Shown one piece after another: positions 1 to 9,085 of a DNA stretch of 64,000 nucleotides. The translations under genes and the position numbers were made by a program. Source of the DNA: Gemmatimonadota bacterium. Lineage in GTDB: Bacteria; Gemmatimonadota; Gemmatimonadetes; Longimicrobiales; Gaopeijiaceae. The stretch covers positions 1,792,001 through 1,856,000 of the forward strand of contig JAXHMG010000003.1 of the NCBI GenBank assembly GCA_034521595.1. The letters are read 5' to 3'. The stretch's first letter is position 1. The number at the start of each line of letters is the position of its first letter. The notes beneath the pieces are model-generated. The model did no database searches, was not told the DNA's origin, and saw only the letters and a list, made by a program, of their open reading frames with translations.

Positions 1-1
1 C

Positions 2-693
2 CGGCTTCACGTTTCCGATGACGGGATCGGCATGGACGCCAAGACGCGGGACAGGATCTTCGAGCCGTTCTTCACGACGAAGGTGGAACGCGGCGGGACG
101 GGTCTCGGACTCGCATCGTCCTACGGAATCGTGCTGCAGAGTGGTGGCACGATGGAGGTCGCGAGCGAGGTCGGACAGGGCACGACGTTCATCCTGGAAT
201 TTCCCCGTCGCGGACGAGGATGTCCCGGCGGATACGGAGCCGACCGCGTCGGCGCCGAACCTCGAAGAAGCGGGACATACACGAGCTCCTGGTGGTGGAA
301 GACGACTCCCACGTGCGGCACGTCGTGGAACGCACGCTCGTGCGAGACGGCTATCGCGTGACTGTGGTCGAGAATGCCGACACGGCCATCGAGGTGCTGC
401 GGAAAGAGCCGACACGATTCAGCGCGGTCCGATCCGATCTGATGCTGCAAGGCACGAGCGCACGCAACCTGATCGACCATATGGTCACACACCACCCCGA
501 CCTCCCGATCATCGCGATGTCCGGGTACGCGGACGGCTCTCCGGGAAGCCGTCAGGACCTACCCAGCGCCATCTCGTTCATCCAGAAGCCGTTCACCCCG
601 GACGAACTGCGCACGATCATGCGGCAAGCGACCCATCACCGGCGCGGCCTCACCTCTCCTCCCACCGATCCCGACAGCGCGCCGGGATCGTAG
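2..693 (+). CDS. 3' part of hybrid sensor histidine kinase (HATPase + C-terminal receiver), frameshifted as sequenced
   Basis: Frame from 2 reads VSDDGIGMD...[15 protein letters not shown]; receiver LLVVEDD...MSGY...FIQKPF lies in another frame ending 693; gene starts before the window. Confidence 0.8.
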
Positions 694-728
694 ACTTCAC
701 CGGACTTCACCACCCAGCGCGCACTCCG

Positions 729-1520
729 TCACTCACCCTCCTTCGTCTTCCCACCCATTCCCTTGAACGCCTCGAGGAACTCCATCGGGATGGGCAGGAA
801 CCCGAAGCTGATGTTCTCTTCGGCGACCTCGGCCATGGTCTGCAAATAGCGAAGCTGGAGGGCGATGGGCGTGTCGCGCATCATGTTGCCCGCGTCGACC
901 AGCCGTTCCGCCGCTTCGTACTCGCCCTGGGCGTTGATGACCTTCGCCCGCCGGTCGCGCTCGGTCTCGGCCTGGCGGGCCATGGCGCGCTTCATGTTCT
1001 CGGGGAGCACCACGTCGCGGACCTCGACCGAAACGACCTTGATGCCCCACGGATCGGTCTGGCGGTCGATGATCTCCTGGATCTTCTTGTTGACCTCTTC
1101 ACGCTCGGCCAGGAGCTCGTCGAGCTCGACCTGCCCCACGATGCTTCTGAGGGTCGTCTGGCTGAGCCACGTCGTCGCCTCCAGGTAGCGCTCCACCTGG
1201 ATGACCGCCCGCTCGGCGTCCACGACCCGGAAGAACACGATCGCGTCCACGTTCACCGTGACGTTGTCACGCGTGATGACCTCCTGACGCTCGACATTGA
1301 TCGTGAGCACGCGCAGATCGACGCGCTCCACCTTGTCGACGAACGGGATCAGGATGATGAGGCCCGGCCCTTTCACGCTGAGGAACTTCCCGAGTCGGAA
1401 CACCACGCCGCGCTCGTACTCCCGCATGATCTTGATCATCTGCGGCAGGAGGACCACCGCGATCGCCACGAGGGTGATGATCCAGTACAGGGTTTCCATG
1501 GGGAATTCGACCTGGTTCAT
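729..1520 (-). CDS. SPFH/stomatin-like (slipin) protein
   Basis: N-terminal TM, REYERGVVFRLG, ITRDNVTVNVDA, ALQLRYLQT; directly downstream of NfeD. Confidence 0.93.
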   Translation of the reverse strand: MNQVEFPMETLYWIITLVAIAVVLLPQMIKIMREYERGVVFRLGKFLSVKGPGLIILIPFVDKVERVDLRVLTINVERQEVITRDNVTVNVDAIVFFRVVDAERAVIQVERYLEATTWLSQTTLRSIVGQVELDELLAEREEVNKKIQEIIDRQTDPWGIKVVSVEVRDVVLPENMKRAMARQAETERDRRAKVINAQGEYEAAERLVDAGNMMRDTPIALQLRYLQTMAEVAEENISFGFLPIPMEFLEAFKGMGGKTKEGE

Positions 1521-1557
1521 GGATCGCTCCGTCTTTGGGTCGGATGAGACTCGGGCT

Positions 1558-2961
1558 TCAAGAGCCCGTCGCCTCGGAGGATGGGGGCGAAGTGGGTCGT
1601 TCGGCCACCCCCTCGCTCGATCGCACGCGCATGGTCAGCCCCTCGATGCCCTCGATGACGCAGCTCGCGCCCGCCGGAATCTCGTCCTCGCTCACGGCGT
1701 TCCAGTATTCCCCCGCCACGAACACCCGCCCGCCATCCGCCCCGATCGGGTCCACCACGCGGGCCAACTGGCCGGTCATCGAGTCCAGTCCCGTTCTGGC
1801 CGGCGCCATCTGGATCCGGATGCCCTGGGTCACGATCCACACGAAGAACAACGTGGTGAACGCCGTGGCGGGCACGAGCCACGCCCACGAGAGGGCCAGG
1901 GCATCCGGCAGGTCCTGGAAGAGAATCAGCGCTCCCATGAAGAACGACACGGCCCCGCCCGCGATCAGCAGGCCGAACGCCGGGGTGAACGCCTCCGACA
2001 CGAACAACACCACCGCCAGCGCCAGCAGAAGGTAGCCGGCCAGGTTGACCGGCATCGCCGCCGAGGCGTAGAGGAGCAGGATCAGCGCGATAACCCCGGT
2101 CACCCCCGGGACGATCGCGCCCGGATTGGACACCTCCCCGATGATCCCGTAGATGGCCACCATGCTGAGGATCAGCATCAACTCGGGCCTGGTGATGAAG
2201 CCGAGGAAACGCTCGGCCATCGTCTTGGGGACTTCCTCCGCGACGGCGCCCGCCGTTCGGAGCGTGTCTCCGTCGACGACGCGGCCATCGATCGCCTCGA
2301 GAAGCTCGTCCCTGTCGGCGGCCACGAGGTCGATCACGTTGAGATCCAGGGCTTCGCTCTCGGTCACGGCTTCCGCTTCCCGCACGGCAGAGATCGCCCA
2401 GTCCACGTTCCGCCCGCGCCGCTCCGCGATGGACGCGATGAGGCTCTCGGCATAGTTGAACGCCTTGTTCTGCGACACCGTGTCCATCTGTGCCTCACCG
2501 CCCCCTCCCATCGAGACCGGCGAAGCCGCGCCGATGGTCGTGGACGGCGCCATCGCCGCTACGTGTGCGGCCATGGTGATGAAGGTCCCGGCGCTCGCCG
2601 CACGCGCTCCTCCGGGCGAAACGTAGACCACGACGGGGACCTCGGATTCGTAAAAGGCCTGGACGATCTCTCGCGTCGACTCGAGGAGCCCGCCCGGCGT
2701 GTCGAGCTCGATGAGCAGAGCGTCGGCGCCACGGGCCGTCGCTTCCTCGATGGCTCGACGGATGTAGTCGTTCGTCGTGGGCGTCACCGGCTCCTCGATC
2801 CGGATGACGGAGACGGACGGCGCTGTAGTATCGTCCGTTCCGGCTGCCGCTTGCGTGTCCTGGACGGAGACGACGGGCATCGAAGCGCCCGGCCCCGGGG
2901 TCGTGCCGATCGGCACGACCCCGAGGAACACGAGCGTCGGAATGAGCGCGGTTCTGACCAT
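1558..2961 (-). CDS. nfeD: NfeD family membrane-bound ClpP-class serine protease
   Basis: LDTPGG, AASAGTFI, TIGAASPV, TM helices, C-terminal OB-fold GRVFVAGEYWNA. Confidence 0.92.
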   Translation of the reverse strand: MVRTALIPTLVFLGVVPIGTTPGPGASMPVVSVQDTQAAAGTDDTTAPSVSVIRIEEPVTPTTNDYIRRAIEEATARGADALLIELDTPGGLLESTREIVQAFYESEVPVVVYVSPGGARAASAGTFITMAAHVAAMAPSTTIGAASPVSMGGGGEAQMDTVSQNKAFNYAESLIASIAERRGRNVDWAISAVREAEAVTESEALDLNVIDLVAADRDELLEAIDGRVVDGDTLRTAGAVAEEVPKTMAERFLGFITRPELMLILSMVAIYGIIGEVSNPGAIVPGVTGVIALILLLYASAAMPVNLAGYLLLALAVVLFVSEAFTPAFGLLIAGGAVSFFMGALILFQDLPDALALSWAWLVPATAFTTLFFVWIVTQGIRIQMAPARTGLDSMTGQLARVVDPIGADGGRVFVAGEYWNAVSEDEIPAGASCVIEGIEGLTMRVRSSEGVAERPTSPPSSEATGS

Positions 2962-3027
2962 AGCGGCCCCACGAAGAGGGACATGACCCTGCCGAAAGGC
3001 GTACCCGCGCGGCTCCGATTGTTTCAG

Positions 3028-3643
3028 TCAGAACATCACGTTCAGCCGCAGCATGAGCTTGCTGACCCGCCGCTCGTCGTCGACCGGGTGTCACGTTCAC
3101 GCTGCCGACCTGGAAGTCGTCGCTCAGGTAATCCGTCACGCCGAGGCTGTAACGCAGCTCCGGCACCAGGGCGATGCCCACGCCGGGCACTCCGACCTCG
3201 ACGCCCGCACCGACATCCGCGGTGAGCGACACGTCGCGGACGGCTTCGTCGAAATCGCCCGACCGCGGAAACGTGGCCACGGGCCCGGCCAGGACGTAGA
3301 CGTCGGCAAGGGGCAACGGCAGGACGGTCAGGCGCACGTCGATCGGCACTTCCACGGCGGACAGCTCGAGCTCCTCTCCGTCGGGGAAGTCGTAGGTGCC
3401 GATCCGGTGGTAGAAGACACCCGGGCGGAGGGTCAACGGACCGCTCCCCAGGCTCATGGATACGCCGACGTGGTAGCCGGTCGACTGGTCGAGCGTCGCG
3501 CTGCTGCTGCCCGCATCGATGTCGTCGAGGTTGTTGAAGTTCAGCCCGGCCCCGATCCCGAGTTGGGCGGAGGCCGAGGTGGCCGAGGCGAGGTTCGCGG
3601 CGAGCACGATCGCGAAGGTGAGCATGATACGCTTTAGCTGCAT
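3028..3643 (-). CDS. Outer-membrane beta-barrel protein (porin/OMP_b-brl-like), +1 frameshift near 3087
   Basis: Signal peptide ending ASA-Q, amphipathic strands (GIGAGLNF, ELRYSLG); shifted frame ends KLMLRLNVMF* at 3028. Confidence 0.75.
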
Positions 3644-3794
3644 GAAAGACCCCTACGTTTTCCGAGTGATTCCGAGTGGAGAAAGCGGGAACGGCAATCA
3701 CCGCCCGCACGAGCCCCCTTCGTGGTGCAAGGATCGCACCCAAAGGCATTCCAGACCCGGGCCACCTCACCCCTCGAGCAGCCCCTCCGCCACA

Positions 3795-4424
3795 TCAGGC
3801 CAGCGTCGCCAGCACCTCCCCGACGAGCCCGTTCGACGAGGCGACGAAGACGGACAGGCCGTGCCGCATCTCTTCGATCTGGCCACGCTGCTCTTCGAGC
3901 TCCTCGACCATCTGATCCCGCAGCTTCGCGTAGCTCTCGAGCTGCTTCTCGATCTTCGCCGCCGCGGCGAGCGCCTCGTCGGCATCGTTCAGCGTGAGGG
4001 TTTCGGTCTTGGTCACGAGGCGTCGGGTACCGTCCCGAGCGGTGTGCGAGTACACGACCTCGGTCGGGTATGACGCGCTCGGATCGGCAGCCAGAGCGTG
4101 AAGTGAGGTGACGACCTCCTCCACCCGCTCTATCTCGACTTTCTTCTCGTCCAGGAGCTCGCTCAGATCCCGCTTCAGGGACTCCGCTCCCGCTGCCGCA
4201 AGCTCGGCGACGTCGCTCTCCGCCGTGGCCACGCAGTCGTCCATGCTGCCCGGGATGGAGCTCCAGTCGAGCGCATCGGCCGCGGCCGAGAACGCTCGTC
4301 GGAGCTGCTCCCGCTGACGCACGCCGAGACTTCCATCCTGGCGCAGCTTCTCGAGCGCCAAAAGCGCCATCGTCCGTCCCGCCGTGGTCAACTCCGGAGT
4401 GTCTTCTATCAAGGTCTTTCGCAT
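3795..4424 (-). CDS. Hypothetical helical/coiled-coil protein
   Basis: Host-like codon usage, E/L/A-rich heptads, ATG at 4424. Confidence 0.65.
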   Translation of the reverse strand: MRKTLIEDTPELTTAGRTMALLALEKLRQDGSLGVRQREQLRRAFSAAADALDWSSIPGSMDDCVATAESDVAELAAAGAESLKRDLSELLDEKKVEIERVEEVVTSLHALAADPSASYPTEVVYSHTARDGTRRLVTKTETLTLNDADEALAAAAKIEKQLESYAKLRDQMVEELEEQRGQIEEMRHGLSVFVASSNGLVGEVLATLA

Positions 4425-4736
4425 GGTCCGAGCACGCCCGCTTGGTCGAGGAATGGCCACCGCCTGGAAGGGCGAAGCCGTGAAGAACGCATATGATACC
4501 CCCCATGACCTCGAAAAGTTGACCGTGCCGGCGCGTAGCTCGCTTGTACGCCCGCCGGCGATGCGATAATGTCAGAAATCGGCGTCGTGGTACCTCCACC
4601 GTGAACGGGTCATATCGCCGAGACGCCTCAGCAGCCCGTGCTAGAGCAGCGTTTCGCACCCCGGATCGGGCACGGCGGCGGTTCTTTTCCCACAGCTTCG
4701 TCCCGCGGTGAACAGCGGTGCACGAAAGGAGGTCCG

Positions 4737-5924
4737 TTGGGTCCGGTCGACAAGATCGCCGTCAACCATCTCTCCAAGATCTTCGGACCCCACCCCGAAG
4801 AAGCCCTGGACCTGCTCGACCAGGGTGTTCACAAGGACGAGATCTTCGCACGCACGCAGAACACCGTGGGCGTGCGCGACGTGAGCTTGAGCGTCACCGC
4901 CGGCGAGGTCTTCGTGGTGATGGGGCTGTCGGGCTCCGGCAAGTCGACGCTGGTCCGCATGCTCAACCGGTTGATCGAGCCGACGGTCGGCGAAGTGCTC
5001 ATCGATGGCCAGGACATCACGAAGATGAGCGAGAAGGAGCTCGTCGAGCACCGCCGGAAGAACACCGCCATGGTCTTCCAATCGTTCGCGCTCCTCCCCC
5101 ACCTGACCGCGGTCGAGAATGCCGCGTTCGGGCTCGAGGTCGCCGGCATCGAGCGCCAGGAGCGACACGAGCGGGCCATGGAAGTCTTGAAGGAAGTCAA
5201 CCTGGAAGGCTATGCCGACAGCTATCCGGACGAGCTTTCCGGGGGGATGCAGCAGCGTGTGGGGCTGGCGCGTGCGCTGGCCGTCGATCCTTCGATCCTC
5301 CTGATGGACGAGGCGTACTCGGCGCTCGATCCCTTGATCCGCCGGGAGATGCAGGAGGAGCTCCTCGAGCTTCAGGCACGGAAGGAGCGAACCGTGGTCT
5401 TCATCTCCCACGACCTCGACGAGGCGATGCGCATCGGGGATCGCATCGCGATGATGGAGGGAGGAGCGGTGACCCAGATCGGGACGCCCCGGGAGATCCT
5501 GGAGGATCCCGCGGCCGACTACATCCGCGAGTTCTTCCAGGACGTCGATGTCGGGGAGGTCTACACTGCCGAGCACGCGGTCGACGAGCGCATCGTGGTG
5601 TTCCGCGAGGATCAGGCCGAGTCGCCCGACGCGATGCAACGCACCCTGGAGGAGGAGGGCGCCCGCTACGGGTACGTGGTGGACGGATCCGAGCGCTTCG
5701 TCGGCGTCGTCTCCGTGGACGCGCTCGACACGGCCGAGCACGGAGAGACGGAGGCCCAGTACCTGCCGGACCCACCAGTCGTGCGTTCCGGAACGCATCT
5801 CGGGCACATCCTCGGAAAAGTGGCCGCGTCCAGCTACCCCGTCCCGGTCGTGCACCGCAACGGCTGCTTCCTCGGAGCGGTTTCGCGGAACAGCCTTCTG
5901 TCCACCCTGGAGCGGAAGACATGA
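4737..5924 (+). CDS. proV: Glycine betaine/proline ABC transporter ATP-binding protein with CBS-like C-terminus
   Basis: [32 protein letters not shown] before TTG 4737. Confidence 0.93.
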   Translation: MGPVDKIAVNHLSKIFGPHPEEALDLLDQGVHKDEIFARTQNTVGVRDVSLSVTAGEVFVVMGLSGSGKSTLVRMLNRLIEPTVGEVLIDGQDITKMSEKELVEHRRKNTAMVFQSFALLPHLTAVENAAFGLEVAGIERQERHERAMEVLKEVNLEGYADSYPDELSGGMQQRVGLARALAVDPSILLMDEAYSALDPLIRREMQEELLELQARKERTVVFISHDLDEAMRIGDRIAMMEGGAVTQIGTPREILEDPAADYIREFFQDVDVGEVYTAEHAVDERIVVFREDQAESPDAMQRTLEEEGARYGYVVDGSERFVGVVSVDALDTAEHGETEAQYLPDPPVVRSGTHLGHILGKVAASSYPVPVVHRNGCFLGAVSRNSLLSTLERKT

Positions 5925-6895
5925 TGCGGGTGCACCGACGCCTCTTGCTCGACGACGGCGGGCCGGCCACGGCGGCCGCGTGGCCCGGCGACCGCATCCC
6001 GGTGGGCGATTGGATCGACGCCGCCGTGGCCTGGCTGCTCGCCAACGCGGAGTGGCTCTTCGACGGCATTCTGTGGGTGATCGACGGCCTGGTCACCGCC
6101 ATGGAGGTCGCCCTGCTCTATCCGGCCGCCTGGCTCCTGGGGCTCGTCTTGGTGGGGCTCGGCGCCTGGCGTGTGGGATGGCGCTTCGCGGCCTTCACGC
6201 TCGTGTCCCTGGCGCTCGTGGTCGGGATGGACCTTTGGGAGAGCACCGTCGCCACCCTCGCCCTGGTGTTGAGCGCGACCGTCGTGTGCCTCGTGATCGG
6301 CGTTCCGATCGGCCTGTGGTCGGCGCGCAGCGACCGCGTGTGGACCGTCGTCCGTCCCGTCCTCGATCTGATGCAAACGATGCCGGCCTTCGTCTACCTC
6401 ATCCCCGCCGTCATGTTCTTCAGCACGGGCAAAGTCCCCGGGACCATCGCCACGATGATCTTCGCCATGCCCCCGGCCGTGCGACTCACGAATCTGGGCA
6501 TCCGACAGGTTTCGGACGAGATGATCCAGGCCGGGCTGGCATTCGGCTGCACGCCGCGGCAACTCTTGTTCAAGGTTCAGATTCCGACCGCGTTGCCTTC
6601 CATCATGGCCGGCGTGAACCAAACCATCATGCTGGCTTTGTCGATGGTCGTGATCGCCTCCATGATCGGAGCTGGAGGGCTCGGGGACGTCGTGCTCCGG
6701 GGCATCCAGCGTCTGGACGTGGGCCTCGGCTTCGAGGGAGGCATCGGCGTCGTCATCCTGGCCATCATTCTCGACCGGATCACCCAGAGCTTCGGCAGCG
6801 GTCGTCGCGCCGGCGTCCGGGAGCGCCTGAGGGCCCTGTTCCGGCCCGAGCAGACAAACTCGGAAACCGAATCCGCGAAGGGAGATCCGTCATGA
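5921..6895 (+). CDS. proW: Glycine betaine/proline ABC transporter permease
   Basis: LDLMQTMPAFVYLIP, GVNQTIMLALSMVVIASMIG; ATGA overlap with proV. Confidence 0.93.
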   Translation: MMRVHRRLLLDDGGPATAAAWPGDRIPVGDWIDAAVAWLLANAEWLFDGILWVIDGLVTAMEVALLYPAAWLLGLVLVGLGAWRVGWRFAAFTLVSLALVVGMDLWESTVATLALVLSATVVCLVIGVPIGLWSARSDRVWTVVRPVLDLMQTMPAFVYLIPAVMFFSTGKVPGTIATMIFAMPPAVRLTNLGIRQVSDEMIQAGLAFGCTPRQLLFKVQIPTALPSIMAGVNQTIMLALSMVVIASMIGAGGLGDVVLRGIQRLDVGLGFEGGIGVVILAIILDRITQSFGSGRRAGVRERLRALFRPEQTNSETESAKGDPS

Positions 6896-7878
6896 AAAGC
6901 GTTGCCGCGTCGGGCGCCTTCCTGCGCCTCGTCGGACGGTGGGCCCTGATCGCGGGGGGCACGGCCTTCGCGGTCGGGTTGTTCGCATACATGTACGCGT
7001 ACGGCCCCGGCGCGCAGGAAGCGGAGCCGGCTCCCGCCGAAGGAATGATGGCGCTCGACGACACGGAGACGGACCGGGATGCCGTGCGTATAGGCTGGAC
7101 GGCTTGGGCGGATGCCGAAGCAATGACGGAGCTCGTCAGGCAGCTTCTCGAGGAGCATTTCGGTCTTCCCGTCGAGCCGGTGATGGCGGACGTCGGCATT
7201 CAGTATCAGGCGGTCGCCCGAGGCGACCTGGACGCGATGCTCATGGCATGGCTTCCCGTCACCCACCGGGACTACTGGGAACGCGTCGGCGGAGACGTCG
7301 TGAACCTCGGGCCGATCTATACCGGCCGCCTCGGCTGGGTGGTGCCCGACTACGTCCCCGAAGACGTGCTCGGAAGCATCGAGGACCTCCAGGATCCGGA
7401 GGTCGCCCGCCGTGTCGGCTCGCAGGTCCAGGGCATCGATCCCGGCTCCGGCTTGATGCAGGCTTCGGAGCAGGTGTTCCGGGACTACGACCTCGATCAC
7501 ATCGAGCTGGTGCCCGCCAGCGGAGCGGCCATGACGGCGGTCCTCGATCGGGCCATTCGTCGCGAGGAATGGATCGTCGTCGCGGGATGGCAACCGCACT
7601 GGAAGTTCGCCCGGTACGATCTGCGTTTTCTGGAAGATCCCCGAGGGTCGCTGGGTGGCCGAGAGCGGGTGAACGCCGTGGTCCGGCGAGGCTTCGAAGA
7701 CGACTTTCCGGTGGAAGTGACGTCGTTCCTCTCCCGCCTCGAGCTGCCCGAAGAAGACCTCGCCGAGGTGCTGCTGCGCGCCCAGGACGTCCCGGTGGAG
7801 CAAGCCGTCAGGGAGTACCGCGAGGCCAACCCCGCGAGAGTCCGATACTGGCTCACGGGTCGATTCGACGAGGGGTAA
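6892..7878 (+). CDS. proX: Glycine betaine ABC transporter substrate-binding protein (OpuAC/ProX)
   Basis: WADA, AWLPVTH, GIDPGSG, WQPHWKF aromatic-cage motifs; ATGA overlap with proW. Confidence 0.9.
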   Translation: MKSVAASGAFLRLVGRWALIAGGTAFAVGLFAYMYAYGPGAQEAEPAPAEGMMALDDTETDRDAVRIGWTAWADAEAMTELVRQLLEEHFGLPVEPVMADVGIQYQAVARGDLDAMLMAWLPVTHRDYWERVGGDVVNLGPIYTGRLGWVVPDYVPEDVLGSIEDLQDPEVARRVGSQVQGIDPGSGLMQASEQVFRDYDLDHIELVPASGAAMTAVLDRAIRREEWIVVAGWQPHWKFARYDLRFLEDPRGSLGGRERVNAVVRRGFEDDFPVEVTSFLSRLELPEEDLAEVLLRAQDVPVEQAVREYREANPARVRYWLTGRFDEG

Positions 7879-7942
7879 GCCCGTGCTCTCCCCGGAGCTC
7901 GAGTCGTGGTCCGGCCGAATCTCGGCGAGCCGAGGTCCGTGC

Positions 7943-9046
7943 CTAAGGCACGGGGACTTCGTATCCTCGCCGCTCGACGCTCTCGCGGTTGTCTTCGATG
8001 AACCGCCGGATCGTCGTCATCGGAACCGAGAGCGTCACTCCGTACTGGATGCGGAGGTGCTCCTCGAGGAAGATCGGCCCCTCGTACGGAACGGCCGGAT
8101 CGTGCCCGTCCGTCGCCGCGTCGGGAGGCACGAGCCGCGGTTCGCTCACGGCCGAGGCCGCCCGTGCCATGCCGATCCATTCGAGCCCTTCCTCCTCACC
8201 GCGCACCGCCAGGACGGCTCCTCCACTCACCCCCTGATTCCAGTTGCCGTCGATGACGAACGAGCCACGCTCGTCGCCTCGCGGCGTCGCGATGCCCCGG
8301 CTCACCATGCGGTAGCCGCCAGGGTAGCCCAGGATGTACACGAAGGAGCCCGGACCGAGGTCGGACGGGTCACCGGCGCGCACGGGCAACGGTCGCACCT
8401 CCTCGAGACCGCCGGGCTCGAGGGCAGGCACGGCGAGCAGGGCGACGTCCTCGTCCGAATCCCACGCGAGCAGCTCGAACGTGCGAGGTCCCGGCAAACC
8501 CAGGACCCAGTTGGTCTGGAGCCTCTTGATGGAGACGCTCCGGATCCTCCGCTCCGGATCGTCCACCGCGCCGGAAGGAGGGCCGAAGTGCTCGACGACC
8601 GTATCCGGCCGAAACGCCGCGTGGGCCGCCGTCACGAGGACCACGCCCGCGGGGGAGCGGGAGAGGACGACCGCGGTCGCCCGGCGGGTCTCGGAGACCT
8701 CCTCGCGGAACGCCGCCCGGGCGAGCAAGTCCTCGCCCCCTTCGAGCTCACTCCGGATAGGTGCGCTCTCTTCCGCGAAGGAGTAGATCTCGTACTCGGT
8801 CGATACCTGGATCTGCTTGACCGCCTCGAACGCGGCTTCGAGCCGCTCCGCCATGTCCACGGTGGGAAAGGAGGAGCGATAGCCCCCGGGAGCGCCGCGC
8901 TCGGCCGCGGAAGGGCGCACGCGCTCGGTTCCGGAAGGGCTCGCGCAACCGAGGGCAAAGGCAACCGCCACGATCGGGACCGACCGCCACGAACACGGGG
9001 CCCACGCCCAACCATCGAATCCCGACCTCGGGTGACCCGGCATCAT
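7943..9046 (-). CDS. Trypsin-like serine protease, probable lipoprotein
   Basis: Lipobox-like ALGC; triad motifs TAAH, DVALL, GVSGG; start uncertain. Confidence 0.78.
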   Translation of the reverse strand: MMPGHPRSGFDGWAWAPCSWRSVPIVAVAFALGCASPSGTERVRPSAAERGAPGGYRSSFPTVDMAERLEAAFEAVKQIQVSTEYEIYSFAEESAPIRSELEGGEDLLARAAFREEVSETRRATAVVLSRSPAGVVLVTAAHAAFRPDTVVEHFGPPSGAVDDPERRIRSVSIKRLQTNWVLGLPGPRTFELLAWDSDEDVALLAVPALEPGGLEEVRPLPVRAGDPSDLGPGSFVYILGYPGGYRMVSRGIATPRGDERGSFVIDGNWNQGVSGGAVLAVRGEEEGLEWIGMARAASAVSEPRLVPPDAATDGHDPAVPYEGPIFLEEHLRIQYGVTLSVPMTTIRRFIEDNRESVERRGYEVPVP

Positions 9047-9085
9047 GCTCGGAACGTAGCAACCGGGCACGCGCCCCGTCCATGC

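Noticed and set aside
4470-4735. Riboswitch upstream of proV (c-di-AMP type)
   Set aside because: None of the conserved ydaO motif blocks is visible; only weak GC pairing
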